Part shown: positions 1 to 7,814 of the stretch, piece by piece | How positions within the stretch are numbered: the first letter of the stretch is position 1 | Layout of the letters: every line of letters starts with the position of its first letter | IMG/VR virus record: IMGVR_UViG_3300038559_000077 | Location: 1 to 24,638 of that record | DNA length: 24,638 nt | Strand: one strand, 5' to 3' | From: a virus | Taxonomy: Duplodnaviria; Caudoviricetes | Program-made: the position numbers and the translations under genes | The notes under the pieces: generated by a model | What the model saw: only the letters and a program-made list of their open reading frames with translations | The model's database searches: none | Told to the model about the DNA's origin: nothing

Positions 1-97
1 ATAGCGGCTGCATTTGAAGATTGACGGCATCCTGAACAGACGCGGGCGCCTCCTCATCATCGTCGCCGCAACCGAATAGAAAAGCAAATAGACCCAT
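1..97 (-). CDS. Partial hypothetical protein (MGLFAFLFGCGDDDEE...), runs off the window edge
   Basis: ATG at 97 after AAGGA; frame open to position 1; manual translation. Confidence 0.4.
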   Translation of the reverse strand, partial: MGLFAFLFGCGDDDEEAPASVQDAVNLQMQPL

Positions 98-293
98 TGC
101 CGTGATCCTTCGCGTTAACATGACGTTATCGCTTTTTCTCGCCGTTTGGCTTGCCGCTCACGCTTTGCGGCAAGCCGGCGATCATGCCTGTTGCCTTCCT
201 GATCACCATGTTCGCGTCGTCGTTGTTCAGAGGCTGCAAGTAATTCGCGGTTCTGCACTTCCGTCATCTGAAGCGGCTTGCTGATCGTTTCCC

Positions 294-572
294 TTAAGAG
301 TGCCCTGCACGTTCGTGTTCCGGGGCCGACTGTGGACCATCCGGCCACGTGGGGCGCGTGCCGGTCTGTTCCTGCAAGATGTCGGCTACACCTTCGCGCA
401 TCAACGCCATGAAGGCGTCTTTGCGCTCCTGGTTATTCTCGACGAACCGCATGGCGATAGAGCCGAGCTGGATCGCATCGGCCATCGAATCTGGCAGCGC
501 GTAATAGGCATTCCAAAATTTGCCCTCGTGTCGGAGCGCCAAGCCGCCGATTTTGATTGTTGGGTTGCTCAT
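294..572 (-). CDS. Hypothetical phage protein
   Basis: 92 aa ORF, GAGG RBS, protein-like composition. Confidence 0.75.
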   Translation of the reverse strand: MSNPTIKIGGLALRHEGKFWNAYYALPDSMADAIQLGSIAMRFVENNQERKDAFMALMREGVADILQEQTGTRPTWPDGPQSAPEHERAGHS

Positions 573-604
573 TTTAACCTCGGTTCGTTCTCTGACGCAG
601 AGCG

Positions 605-934
605 TTATTTTCTAAATATAATAGTCCCAATCCCGTCACCTAAACTGACGGACTTGGTTTGTCTGGCTGTCGCACGCTCGAACTCACGTTCGCCGTCCTC
701 ATCGCGATTTCCTCGATGAAAATTACGAAGCGCTCCAGCGACAGAAAGGGCAAGATACGGCATTTTTCGTCCATCCTGTTTTGCGATCAATATCCCGATC
801 TCTCTGTATGAAAGGCCGCGTTCACGAAGCATTCGAATCCGCGTGGGGTTTAGCGGATCAGGACCACTTCGCGCCATCGCTACATTGGTTGCCGGGCCGT
901 CCCAGACAGAAACACGACGTGGCCAATATCGCAT
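605..934 (-). CDS. Hypothetical protein with HTH-like segment
   Basis: RIRMLRERGLSYREIG resembles an HTH; AAGGA RBS. Confidence 0.55.
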   Translation of the reverse strand: MRYWPRRVSVWDGPATNVAMARSGPDPLNPTRIRMLRERGLSYREIGILIAKQDGRKMPYLALSVAGALRNFHRGNRDEDGEREFERATARQTKSVSLGDGIGTIIFRK

Positions 935-964
935 GTGGAAGTCTTTCCTTTCGCTAACGGATGC

Positions 965-1114
965 TTATTGCGTTTTTAATGCTTCGCCGAAAACCTGATG
1001 AAGCTCATCGGCCGTATCAACAGTGCGGTTCTCCATCGGGCATTCCCAATAGGGACACTCTTGTTCCTCGACATATTCTTTGGTGACGTTGTAGCCGCAC
1101 TTCTCGCACCACAT
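965..1114 (-). CDS. 49 aa Zn-ribbon-like peptide (not in ORF track)
   Basis: AAGGAG RBS; MWCEKCGYNVTKEYVEEQECPYWECP, CxxC...CxxxxC. Confidence 0.65.
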   Translation of the reverse strand: MWCEKCGYNVTKEYVEEQECPYWECPMENRTVDTADELHQVFGEALKTQ

Positions 1115-1141
1115 GGCAGTCGCTCCTTTTCTGTGAGATTT

Positions 1142-1363
1142 TTAGTATCCAAGCGGTGGCTCGGAAAAGTATCGTCCAGGCCAGCTCCAAAACCACAGGC
1201 CATCTATCGTATAGGTCCGTGCCTTGATCTCGTCTTTGGCGTGCAAGCACGGCCACATGATCTTGCAAGCGCGTCTCGGCCAGCCGCATTCGGCACACGG
1301 TTCGGGCATACGCTGCAATGTCCGCGCTCGCTCAAAGTTCTCACAGAACGGTCGTTCGGTCAC
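1142..1363 (-). CDS. Hypothetical Cys-rich protein
   Basis: GTG start after AGGAG; CAECGW motif. Confidence 0.55.
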   Translation of the reverse strand: MTERPFCENFERARTLQRMPEPCAECGWPRRACKIMWPCLHAKDEIKARTYTIDGLWFWSWPGRYFSEPPLGY

Positions 1364-1391
1364 GCGCGAGCACTCCTGTTCAGTGAAACTT

Positions 1392-1598
1392 TTAGGCGCA
1401 AGGACGCGCGCCGAGCTTGCGAATGTCGCGGCGCAACTGTTCGGCCTGGCGGTCATAGGCAGCCCCGCGCGCCTGGTGCTCCTGTTCGTGCTCGATACGC
1501 TCTTTTTGAAGCCGCAGTGATCGGTACGGTTCCGGCTCTCCCATGCGGCGGATATGCTCGTCCATCATCGCGTCGATCTCACGTTGGCTCATTCGCAT
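1392..1598 (-). CDS. Hypothetical coiled-coil protein
   Basis: 68 aa ORF tiling with neighbours. Confidence 0.6.
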   Translation of the reverse strand: MRMSQREIDAMMDEHIRRMGEPEPYRSLRLQKERIEHEQEHQARGAAYDRQAEQLRRDIRKLGARPCA

Positions 1599-1600
1599 GT

Positions 1601-1777
1601 TTACATCTTCCCCATGACCGTCCGATACCGCCGAATGTAAAGCGCGGCGATCATCGGTTTCAGATCAATATAAAGGTCCGCCGCCGTGGCGCTAGTCACG
1701 GCCTTCACCCGATTGATCACTTCGGGCATTTCGCGCCGACGTTTTGGTCGAGGCGGATTCATTGATTTTTTATTCAT
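1601..1777 (-). CDS. Hypothetical protein
   Basis: ATGA overlap with upstream stop at 1774. Confidence 0.5.
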   Translation of the reverse strand: MNKKSMNPPRPKRRREMPEVINRVKAVTSATAADLYIDLKPMIAALYIRRYRTVMGKM

Positions 1778-2088
1778 GATCTCCCCAAGAGCGAAAGTTC
1801 GCGCCATGGTGCCTTCCACCAGTGCCAGACGCTAAAGCGGTTCATCATGCGTTCGATGTGGGCGATGTTCTGGACCATCCAGGTTCCACGCTTCGCTCCG
1901 ACGCGGGCCACGCGCCGAAATCCGTTATGGCGGAAGTTCTTGCCGTGGCTATCCACGACAAGATGCCTCGTCTGCCCGTAGTGATCGTAGCCGCCATCGT
2001 AGAAGCCGATGCAGAATTGGTCGCCTGGATCGCCGTCAGCGTACTTGGTCGCCACGACATAATCGCCCTTCTTTGGGGCCGTTTTCAT
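1774..2088 (-). CDS. Hypothetical phage protein (MKTAPKKGDYVVATKY...)
   Basis: Internal ATG at 2088; KGDYVVAT start resembles an SH3/KOW-like barrel. Confidence 0.7.
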   Translation of the reverse strand: MKTAPKKGDYVVATKYADGDPGDQFCIGFYDGGYDHYGQTRHLVVDSHGKNFRHNGFRRVARVGAKRGTWMVQNIAHIERMMNRFSVWHWWKAPWRELSLLGRS

Positions 2089-2104
2089 GTTTGTTCTTGC
2101 CGCG

Positions 2105-2302
2105 CTAGCGGCCGCTCCCCACGAGTGCCGCGTCGATACGCGACAGCAGTTCGTCCCGAAAATACCATTCCTGTTCCTCGGGGTGATTCGCGTGCTGGCC
2201 GCCAAGCGCCATAGGGTCGAGGGCGGCAACTGCGTTTCGGCATTCTTGCAGCATCGTCCGCAGCCGGGCGATCTTCGGAAATTCCACAAATTCAATCATC
2301 AT
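2105..2302 (-). CDS. Chimeric small protein: RNA-ligase-like N-terminus fused to an unrelated C-terminus
   Basis: GGAGG RBS; EFVEFPKIARL resembles the start of phage Rnl2-like ligases but the KxDG motif is absent. Confidence 0.55.
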   Translation of the reverse strand: MMIEFVEFPKIARLRTMLQECRNAVAALDPMALGGQHANHPEEQEWYFRDELLSRIDAALVGSGR

Positions 2303-2336
2303 GGCCTCCTCTGTTTATTTCGCTCATTCCGCAGCA

Positions 2337-2531
2337 TTATTTCACCTTGCGAACGTCCGCGACCAAATCTACCGAATTGACCTCGATCAATTTGTAAGTA
2401 GCTACCTTGATCTTCTTGCCGTGTTCGGCGAGGCCATAGATGCCCTCGTCAGCGACAGCGACGAAATAGGAAGTGTCGCCGTCCTTCTCGATCTTCGCAT
2501 ACAGGGTCTTGGGAAATTGTTTGGTAGCCAT
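2337..2531 (-). CDS. Hypothetical protein, paralog of 3023-3220
   Basis: GAGGAG RBS; FPKTLYAK...YF...LAEHGKKIKVATYKL. Confidence 0.75.
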   Translation of the reverse strand: MATKQFPKTLYAKIEKDGDTSYFVAVADEGIYGLAEHGKKIKVATYKLIEVNSVDLVADVRKVK

Positions 2532-2549
2532 TTTCAGTTCTCCTCTGGG

Positions 2550-2780
2550 TTAAGTTTTTGGCATACATTCCGCAGGACCAATCGGCCGGCCAACCGCGGC
2601 GCCGAGACTGATGATCGTTTTCCAAAGGCTGGCGCGCAGTTCGTGGTTCTCCGGATTGTATTCGAGGCCACGAATGCCGGTATGGGCCATCTCACTCAGG
2701 GAGACGACAGCCGGGTCGCGTTGAGTTTTGGCCCATGCGCGAAGATCGCTGCGGACAAGGGCCGGCGTGTCTTTTGTCAT
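2550..2780 (-). CDS. Hypothetical protein
   Basis: ATG at 2780 after GAGGA, overlapping the upstream stop. Confidence 0.6.
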   Translation of the reverse strand: MTKDTPALVRSDLRAWAKTQRDPAVVSLSEMAHTGIRGLEYNPENHELRASLWKTIISLGAAVGRPIGPAECMPKT

Positions 2781-2980
2781 GGCTTGATCCTCTCGATATC
2801 GGGCGCCGTGATCAGCCCGGCGAGCATCAGCCGCAGCAGGATCGCAACCGTTTCCGGGATGCCACGCTCCCCAGACGCCCAACGCCGCGACGTGCGGCCG
2901 TCCGCGCCGAATAGCCTCGCCGCCCCAAGCTGAGAGAGGCAGAGTTTATCGAGCGCCGCTTGATATTGTTTTGCCGTCAT
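2777..2980 (-). CDS. XRE/Cro-type HTH protein
   Basis: LCLSQLGAARLFGADGRTSRRWASGERGIP fits the XRE HTH pattern. Confidence 0.8.
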   Translation of the reverse strand: MTAKQYQAALDKLCLSQLGAARLFGADGRTSRRWASGERGIPETVAILLRLMLAGLITAPDIERIKP

Positions 2981-3022
2981 TCTGTGCGTCCAAATTCTCC
3001 GTGGTGCCGCCGACAAGCCTCT

Positions 3023-3514
3023 TCATACGCGCTTGACCCGGTTGGTTGTAACGACGCTGACCGACCCGCGGGCTTCTATGACGCTAGAAAGTTCGTAAAC
3101 GCCGACGCGCACCTTCTCGCCAGCGTCGGCTAAGGTTTCGACGGCACGATGTGGATCAAAATACTCGTTGCCGGAACCGTCATCACATACTTTGACATAC
3201 AGCTTCTTGGGGAATTTCATGAGCTTCTCCTTGATGAACTTTGGTATCCAGTTGAGGGGAGGGTTTTTGTCCAGTTCCGGCATTTCCTCCATGCCGTCGA
3301 TCACCTTGGCGAGCGCAGTGGCTTTTGCCTCTGCGCTGTCGTCGTCCCAGGAAAACGAGATCACTAAACGCCGCGCTTTGAAACCGCTCCGGCTCTTAGA
3401 GAAAGTTCTAACAAATATCATCCCGCTTCTGCGGCCCGTCGCATACTGCTGTCCTTTCTTATCTGGATGCGATAAGGATTCGTCGAGGAAGGTTGGGGCG
3501 TAGTAACTGAGCAT
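3023..3514 (-). CDS. Hypothetical protein; probably two in-frame units (second starts at ATG 3220)
   Basis: Internal AAGGAG RBS before MKFPKKLYVK; that part is paralogous to 2337-2531. Confidence 0.6.
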   Translation of the reverse strand: MLSYYAPTFLDESLSHPDKKGQQYATGRRSGMIFVRTFSKSRSGFKARRLVISFSWDDDSAEAKATALAKVIDGMEEMPELDKNPPLNWIPKFIKEKLMKFPKKLYVKVCDDGSGNEYFDPHRAVETLADAGEKVRVGVYELSSVIEARGSVSVVTTNRVKRV

Positions 3515-3532
3515 TTTGTTTCACTCTGCGGT

Positions 3533-3787
3533 CTACTGTGCACCGGATGCGGTCGGGGGCCGATAAGCTGGTTGCCCGAGTGCTTGTTCAACGTCGCCTG
3601 GCTTGGGCCATTGAAACGCGTAAGCGCGGCCCGTAAGCACCCACCACGCAGCCTTGAGCCTGCCGGCTGTGTAAGGCTCCGCAACCGCATACGGCCACGT
3701 GCCGTCAGGTAGCCCAGCGCGACAAGATGAACTCCAAATATCGCCGACCGTATGGATGAAGAACTGGTGACTTTCGATCTTTCTCAT
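3533..3787 (-). CDS. Hypothetical phage protein
   Basis: 84 aa ORF, RLKAAWWVLTGRAYAFQWP. Confidence 0.7.
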   Translation of the reverse strand: MRKIESHQFFIHTVGDIWSSSCRAGLPDGTWPYAVAEPYTAGRLKAAWWVLTGRAYAFQWPKPGDVEQALGQPAYRPPTASGAQ

Positions 3788-3807
3788 GCTTTTTCTCGCT
3801 CAGCAGT

Positions 3808-4176
3808 CTAGCGTGCGCTTTCGCGCTCTACGATTTCGTCCACGACCTTGCGGACTTTGGGATATAATTCAGTGCCAGAAGGCAGCATCTTGTTGATCGC
3901 GTTCCAGTCCGTTAGCGGCTCAATCCGCTCGGCAAGTTCGACGGCATCCTCCATCGTCGAGAAGGTCCATATCTGTAAGCCACTTGGAGCGTGACTGAGG
4001 CGCCAACCACGACCACCAATACGTTTAACCTCGTGAACCGCGAAAGCGCCATGCCGCCAAGCCTCGATGACAGCCCTATTATCTGGATGGACGAGGCTGA
4101 TAATAACTTCGCCATGCTCCCACCCGTCCGGCGCGGCTCCGGTCACAACTTCTATGAGTTCGCCTCTGATCGTCAT
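3808..4176 (-). CDS. Hypothetical phage protein
   Basis: ATGA overlap at 4173-4176; WRLSHAPSGL motif. Confidence 0.7.
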   Translation of the reverse strand: MTIRGELIEVVTGAAPDGWEHGEVIISLVHPDNRAVIEAWRHGAFAVHEVKRIGGRGWRLSHAPSGLQIWTFSTMEDAVELAERIEPLTDWNAINKMLPSGTELYPKVRKVVDEIVERESAR

Positions 4177-4406
4177 TTGTCGCACTCAGCAGAAGATATT
4201 GCCGTAACTTTTGCTACCGGAATCGGCTGCGGTCCCGGTATCTCGACCTCAAACTCGATAATCGCGTGCTGGTCATTCTTGCCAGGCTCCCACAACTCGC
4301 CGAAGTCGTCGCGATTTTGCTGGTCGTCGTTTTCCGAGTGCCCATAGATTGTCACTTGCCCGCTGGTAGGGTCACGTACGAGGAAGGCGCGCATTGTGAT
4401 TTTCAT
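4173..4406 (-). CDS. Hypothetical protein
   Basis: 77 aa ORF, AGGA RBS. Confidence 0.65.
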   Translation of the reverse strand: MKITMRAFLVRDPTSGQVTIYGHSENDDQQNRDDFGELWEPGKNDQHAIIEFEVEIPGPQPIPVAKVTAISSAECDK

Positions 4407-4415
4407 CGCATCGTC

Positions 4416-4589
4416 CTAGTGAGCGTCCAGTTTTTCGATGATCTCGGGAAGCATCTCATAAAGATCGCGGAGCCGCTTTATTTCTTCCTCGTAAAGCCGG
4501 AGCACGTCATCGCGTGTCGGGAACCACGGCGCTCGCCATGAGCGCGACTTGATTTCATCCAGTTTGCGGATCAGCTCGCGGCGTCTCAT
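4416..4589 (-). CDS. Hypothetical coiled-coil protein
   Basis: ATGA overlap at 4586-4589. Confidence 0.55.
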   Translation of the reverse strand: MRRRELIRKLDEIKSRSWRAPWFPTRDDVLRLYEEEIKRLRDLYEMLPEIIEKLDAH

Positions 4590-4891
4590 TTGCGTTCGTC
4601 CCCAGGGAGCGAAGATTTGTTCAAGGCACGGTGCGCGCCAAGATCCGGGAAATTGTCGTAGTTCCAATGGCGACGCCATGAGCCTGCAAACTCTATATCG
4701 TCGCGCTCTAAGCGAAGCTTGGCCCAATCATCCGGATAAAACTGCTCATCCGAAATGAGGATATAGCAACACCAAGTCCCGGACTGATTGTAGTCGCTGC
4801 GACCGTGCCAATTAAGTTCAAAACCGATACCGTTGTGCGACCCGTTCCAGCGGCACGAAGCAGCTAGGAAATCTTCTTTGCTTGGAATCAC
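4586..4891 (-). CDS. Hypothetical phage protein, possibly C-terminally truncated or chimeric
   Basis: GTG start after AGGAGG; aromatic-rich body then abrupt low-complexity tail. Confidence 0.65.
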   Translation of the reverse strand: MIPSKEDFLAASCRWNGSHNGIGFELNWHGRSDYNQSGTWCCYILISDEQFYPDDWAKLRLERDDIEFAGSWRRHWNYDNFPDLGAHRALNKSSLPGDERK

Positions 4892-4968
4892 GGTAACCTC
4901 CTGTTTCTTTCACTCATTTCCCGAATGCTTAATTAAACTTTGTACCCTCGGAATCATTATTCCCGTGG

Positions 4969-4997
4969 ATCATAAAAGAAAATTTTCATCAATGCAA
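4969..4997 (-). promoter_or_regulatory. Sigma70-like promoter TTGCAT-N17-TATGAT with GAAAATTTTC palindrome (4978-4987) in the spacer
   Basis: Near-consensus hexamers, 17-bp spacing, upstream of the accessory array. Confidence 0.75.
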
Positions 4998-5096
4998 GTG
5001 GACCTTCGCGCGCGATCGGTGCTAGGCTGGCCTCGGGGATAATCCCCTTGCACAACGGGAGATCACGATGAAAAACCCACAACGACGGAGCGTCGC

Positions 5097-5426
5097 ATGA
5101 AGGCGTCCGGTCTCTGGCTCAGCCGCGGTCAGCGCGACGTCCTGATCGCCCACCTCGATGGCGTTGCCCTCCCGATCGTTCTCCCGTCGAGCTGCTCGGA
5201 CGGGCTCGCCGCGAAGGAGGCGCAGGGTCGTCACCAGACGACGACGGCGCTCCTCGCCCGCAGCTTCCTGAGGACCGACAACAAGATCAAGCCGACGCAC
5301 ACGACGATCACCGAAGAAGGACGCGCTGCTATTGCTCACGCGCTTGCCGATTGGGCGGAGGCGCTGGTCCGGGCGCAATACGTTGCCGTGGATACGATGG
5401 CGGATGCCGAGCCCGGATTGAGATAG
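5097..5426 (+). CDS. Hypothetical protein, winged-helix-like
   Basis: GGAG RBS; TTTALLARSFL...TITEEGRAA resembles a wHTH end. Confidence 0.65.
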   Translation: MKASGLWLSRGQRDVLIAHLDGVALPIVLPSSCSDGLAAKEAQGRHQTTTALLARSFLRTDNKIKPTHTTITEEGRAAIAHALADWAEALVRAQYVAVDTMADAEPGLR

Positions 5427-5490
5427 CGGCCGCGGGGGAACAACGCTTTCGGCATCGCCGGCGCCTGATCCGCCACGTCGATTCGATCCG

Positions 5491-5520
5491 AGGGCGGTCC
5501 GCCAGGGCCGCCCTTTTTCT
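5491..5520 (+). terminator. Rho-independent terminator
   Basis: AGGGCGGTCC-gcca-GGGCCGCCCT stem followed by a T run. Confidence 0.7.
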
Positions 5521-5644
5521 ATTAAAAACTGCCACAATTCGCGCCCCACGGAAACCACTGGACTTCCTATCTGGACCACGCAAACGTGTGGCCGCGCCGG
5601 TGGAAATGGAGAATTTTCACCGCCGGAGAGAGAGGAGATCAGAT

Positions 5645-5908
5645 ATGAGCAACGCGCCCGGACCTCGCGAGCAGCAACTCCGCGCCATGCGCGAGCTCGA
5701 CATTCCTGAGTCGCTGGACCGAACGAAGGGCAAAACGCGGGCGCAGATCGACGCCATCCGCGACGCCGCAATCCAAAACGCCGCGCGCGGACAACGCCCA
5801 CCCGCGCGCTTCACTCCGAAGATCAATGAACTACCAACCCGGGCCCCGGCGAAAGTTTCAAAATCTGTTCTGGCGAATGGGTCCGTGGATTTTGCGGATA
5901 AGGCTTGA
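5645..5908 (+). CDS. Hypothetical protein (GPREQQLRAMRE motif)
   Basis: AGGAG RBS; N-terminus shared with 19969-20151. Confidence 0.65.
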   Translation: MSNAPGPREQQLRAMRELDIPESLDRTKGKTRAQIDAIRDAAIQNAARGQRPPARFTPKINELPTRAPAKVSKSVLANGSVDFADKA

Positions 5909-5992
5909 TTCGATCCAGCCGCCACATTTCGACCGAGGCTGCAGGCCAGTCCGGGGCGGCAAACGGGGGTGACTGCGGTTTTCTTGCCATCG

Positions 5993-6253
5993 TCAGATGC
6001 CCCTACCAGCGCCCATAGGCGATCTGTGGTGCGAGTTCCCGGCCGGAGGCTCTTGGGTAGCCCCTCGATCTGGTTTCGCGCCGGGTGCCCCGCACCGCTC
6101 GACCCGGATAGCGGTCAGCCGGACCGGCTCTTTGGTTCCGGCATCCACGTCAAGATCGACGAAGCCTTCGGGTCCGACCTCAGCGACGACGGCCGTGTAA
6201 ACAGTGCCGGCGAACGATTTGTAGGCGACGGTGTCACCCTTCGCGACGCTCAT
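5993..6253 (-). CDS. Hypothetical SH3/KOW-like protein
   Basis: ATGA overlap with Dam stop; KGDTVAY...AVVAEVGPEGFVDLDV. Confidence 0.6.
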   Translation of the reverse strand: MSVAKGDTVAYKSFAGTVYTAVVAEVGPEGFVDLDVDAGTKEPVRLTAIRVERCGAPGAKPDRGATQEPPAGNSHHRSPMGAGRGI

Positions 6254-7056
6254 CGGCGCGCCTCCCACACGCCGCGATCAACGCGACGATACGGTCCCTG
6301 TTGAAGCTGCTGACGCAACTTGGCATCGAAGTTGCGGTTCGTCGAGGCCTTCCGGTGGCCAGCGAAGTGCCGGTAGAGATCGTCGAGCGCGACCGGGCCG
6401 GAGCGGTCGGCGAAGAAGTCCGCGAGCGCCTGAGCCCACGTCGCGTTACTTTCCCGGCTTTTAATTAAACCGCCGAAAAGTGACACGACGACGGATCGCG
6501 CGATGCGGAGCGGGACGAACCGCCCGTCGACCTTGCAGGCGGCGAGGACGTCCGCGTCGTCGACCCCATAGGCGCACAGCACCGTCGGCGCCCCGGCGTT
6601 GCCCTTGGCGCGCGAACCGACAGGGATCGGTCGGTTCGTCTTCCTGTCGACGTGGCCGGGACCATGGTGGAAGTTGATCCGGCCCCTCATGAAGAGCAGC
6701 GCGGTCGCCCGATTCCAGACGTGCTCGAAGAAGGCGTCGGTGTCCGTCCGCGCGAAGATCAGCGCGGTCCCGCGGTCGTGGTCGGCCATGCGGGCCAGCC
6801 AGCGTCCGATCTCCGCGTTAGTATACGGCGGGCACAGCCACACCCGCCCGGTCCATGGTCGCGTCAGCCCGTTGTCGGCGCGGGTGAACGTCCGCGCCGC
6901 GGTCGGCCACGGTTGGTTCGACGGCGCGCAAGGATCGAGATCGAACGGTCCGAGCGCGACGATGATCTCCGGCGGCGTCAGCCATTCGACCGTACCGGAT
7001 CGGTGCGAGTGATGGCCGCCGATACTAGCGAAGCGCGGCGCGGTTTCCTGGCTCAT
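6250..7056 (-). CDS. Phage N6-adenine DNA methyltransferase (phage Dam family) with C-terminal wHTH-like domain
   Basis: EWLTPPEI, FDLDPCA, DNGL..PW.GRVWLCPPY, ARTDT..F, RGRINF motifs; start by ATGA overlap. Confidence 0.88.
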   Translation of the reverse strand: MSQETAPRFASIGGHHSHRSGTVEWLTPPEIIVALGPFDLDPCAPSNQPWPTAARTFTRADNGLTRPWTGRVWLCPPYTNAEIGRWLARMADHDRGTALIFARTDTDAFFEHVWNRATALLFMRGRINFHHGPGHVDRKTNRPIPVGSRAKGNAGAPTVLCAYGVDDADVLAACKVDGRFVPLRIARSVVVSLFGGLIKSRESNATWAQALADFFADRSGPVALDDLYRHFAGHRKASTNRNFDAKLRQQLQQGPYRRVDRGVWEARR

Positions 7057-7814
7057 CGCGTCGCCGGCGAGAGCAGCTCGCGCTTGCCGTCGACGTCCGC
7101 GATCGTGTAGCCGCGGCGCAAGAGCATCGAGAGCGAGACGCGATCGGCCCCAAGCGGCGGCGGCTCCAGCCCGGCGGCGATATACTCGCGCGTGACTATG
7201 TCCGGGCCTTGCGCCAGCGCCACGGACGCCGGCGGCCTGCGCCATTTTGCGATCCCGTAGCTGTCGATCCATGCCGGCGATACCCAGATGCCGTCGCGGT
7301 GGTCGTCGCTTGGCCGCCACTCGCATTCGTCCTCGCCCGGGGACTGGCTCCGCTCGAGCAGCGCCGGATATTGCGGCGCGCCGGCGTGCACGAAGACGTT
7401 CGCGCGGGAGCCGGGATATCTCGGCAACGGGGCGTAACCGCGCCGGCTAAACGTTGTCGCGGGCTGAGCCATTCGTTGCGCGCGGCGAATCTCTTCGTCG
7501 CAAAAAGCTTTGACCTCACCGGAGTTCGGCATGAACGCGCGAAACTTCTCCTGGGCCTGAAGGCCCGTGCGCGGATCGGTGGCAAACTCGACGATGCCGT
7601 TCGGATATTCCGACAAAACTAGAACGACCGCCCCAACGTAGTTGTCAGGATCGCTCGCATCGTCCCGGCGGTACGAGCCGAAGAGGAGCTTCGCTCGCCG
7701 CGTTAAGAAGGCCTCTCGCTCCCGTTGGTCGAGGGGGGATCGTGACCTCACCCGTTCGTATTCGTTCTTCCAGTTGCCCGGCTGCGCGGCTTGCGCTTCG
7801 TTCGCCTGGTCCAT
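7053..7814 (-). CDS. Replication-associated protein (putative helicase loader-like)
   Basis: GGAGG RBS; follows the initiator; LSEYP...ATDPRTGL...FMPNSGEVKAFC pattern. Confidence 0.6.
   Translation of the reverse strand: MDQANEAQAAQPGNWKNEYERVRSRSPLDQREREAFLTRRAKLLFGSYRRDDASDPDNYVGAVVLVLSEYPNGIVEFATDPRTGLQAQEKFRAFMPNSGEVKAFCDEEIRRAQRMAQPATTFSRRGYAPLPRYPGSRANVFVHAGAPQYPALLERSQSPGEDECEWRPSDDHRDGIWVSPAWIDSYGIAKWRRPPASVALAQGPDIVTREYIAAGLEPPPLGADRVSLSMLLRRGYTIADVDGKRELLSPATR

Noticed and set aside
115-348. 77 aa minus-strand ORF
   Set aside because: Overlaps the 294-572 gene, start unclear, no recognisable motif
5426-5504. tRNA-like look (TTCGATC and terminal CCA)
   Set aside because: T-arm does not pair and the acceptor needs a bulge; the 3' part is better explained as a terminator stem
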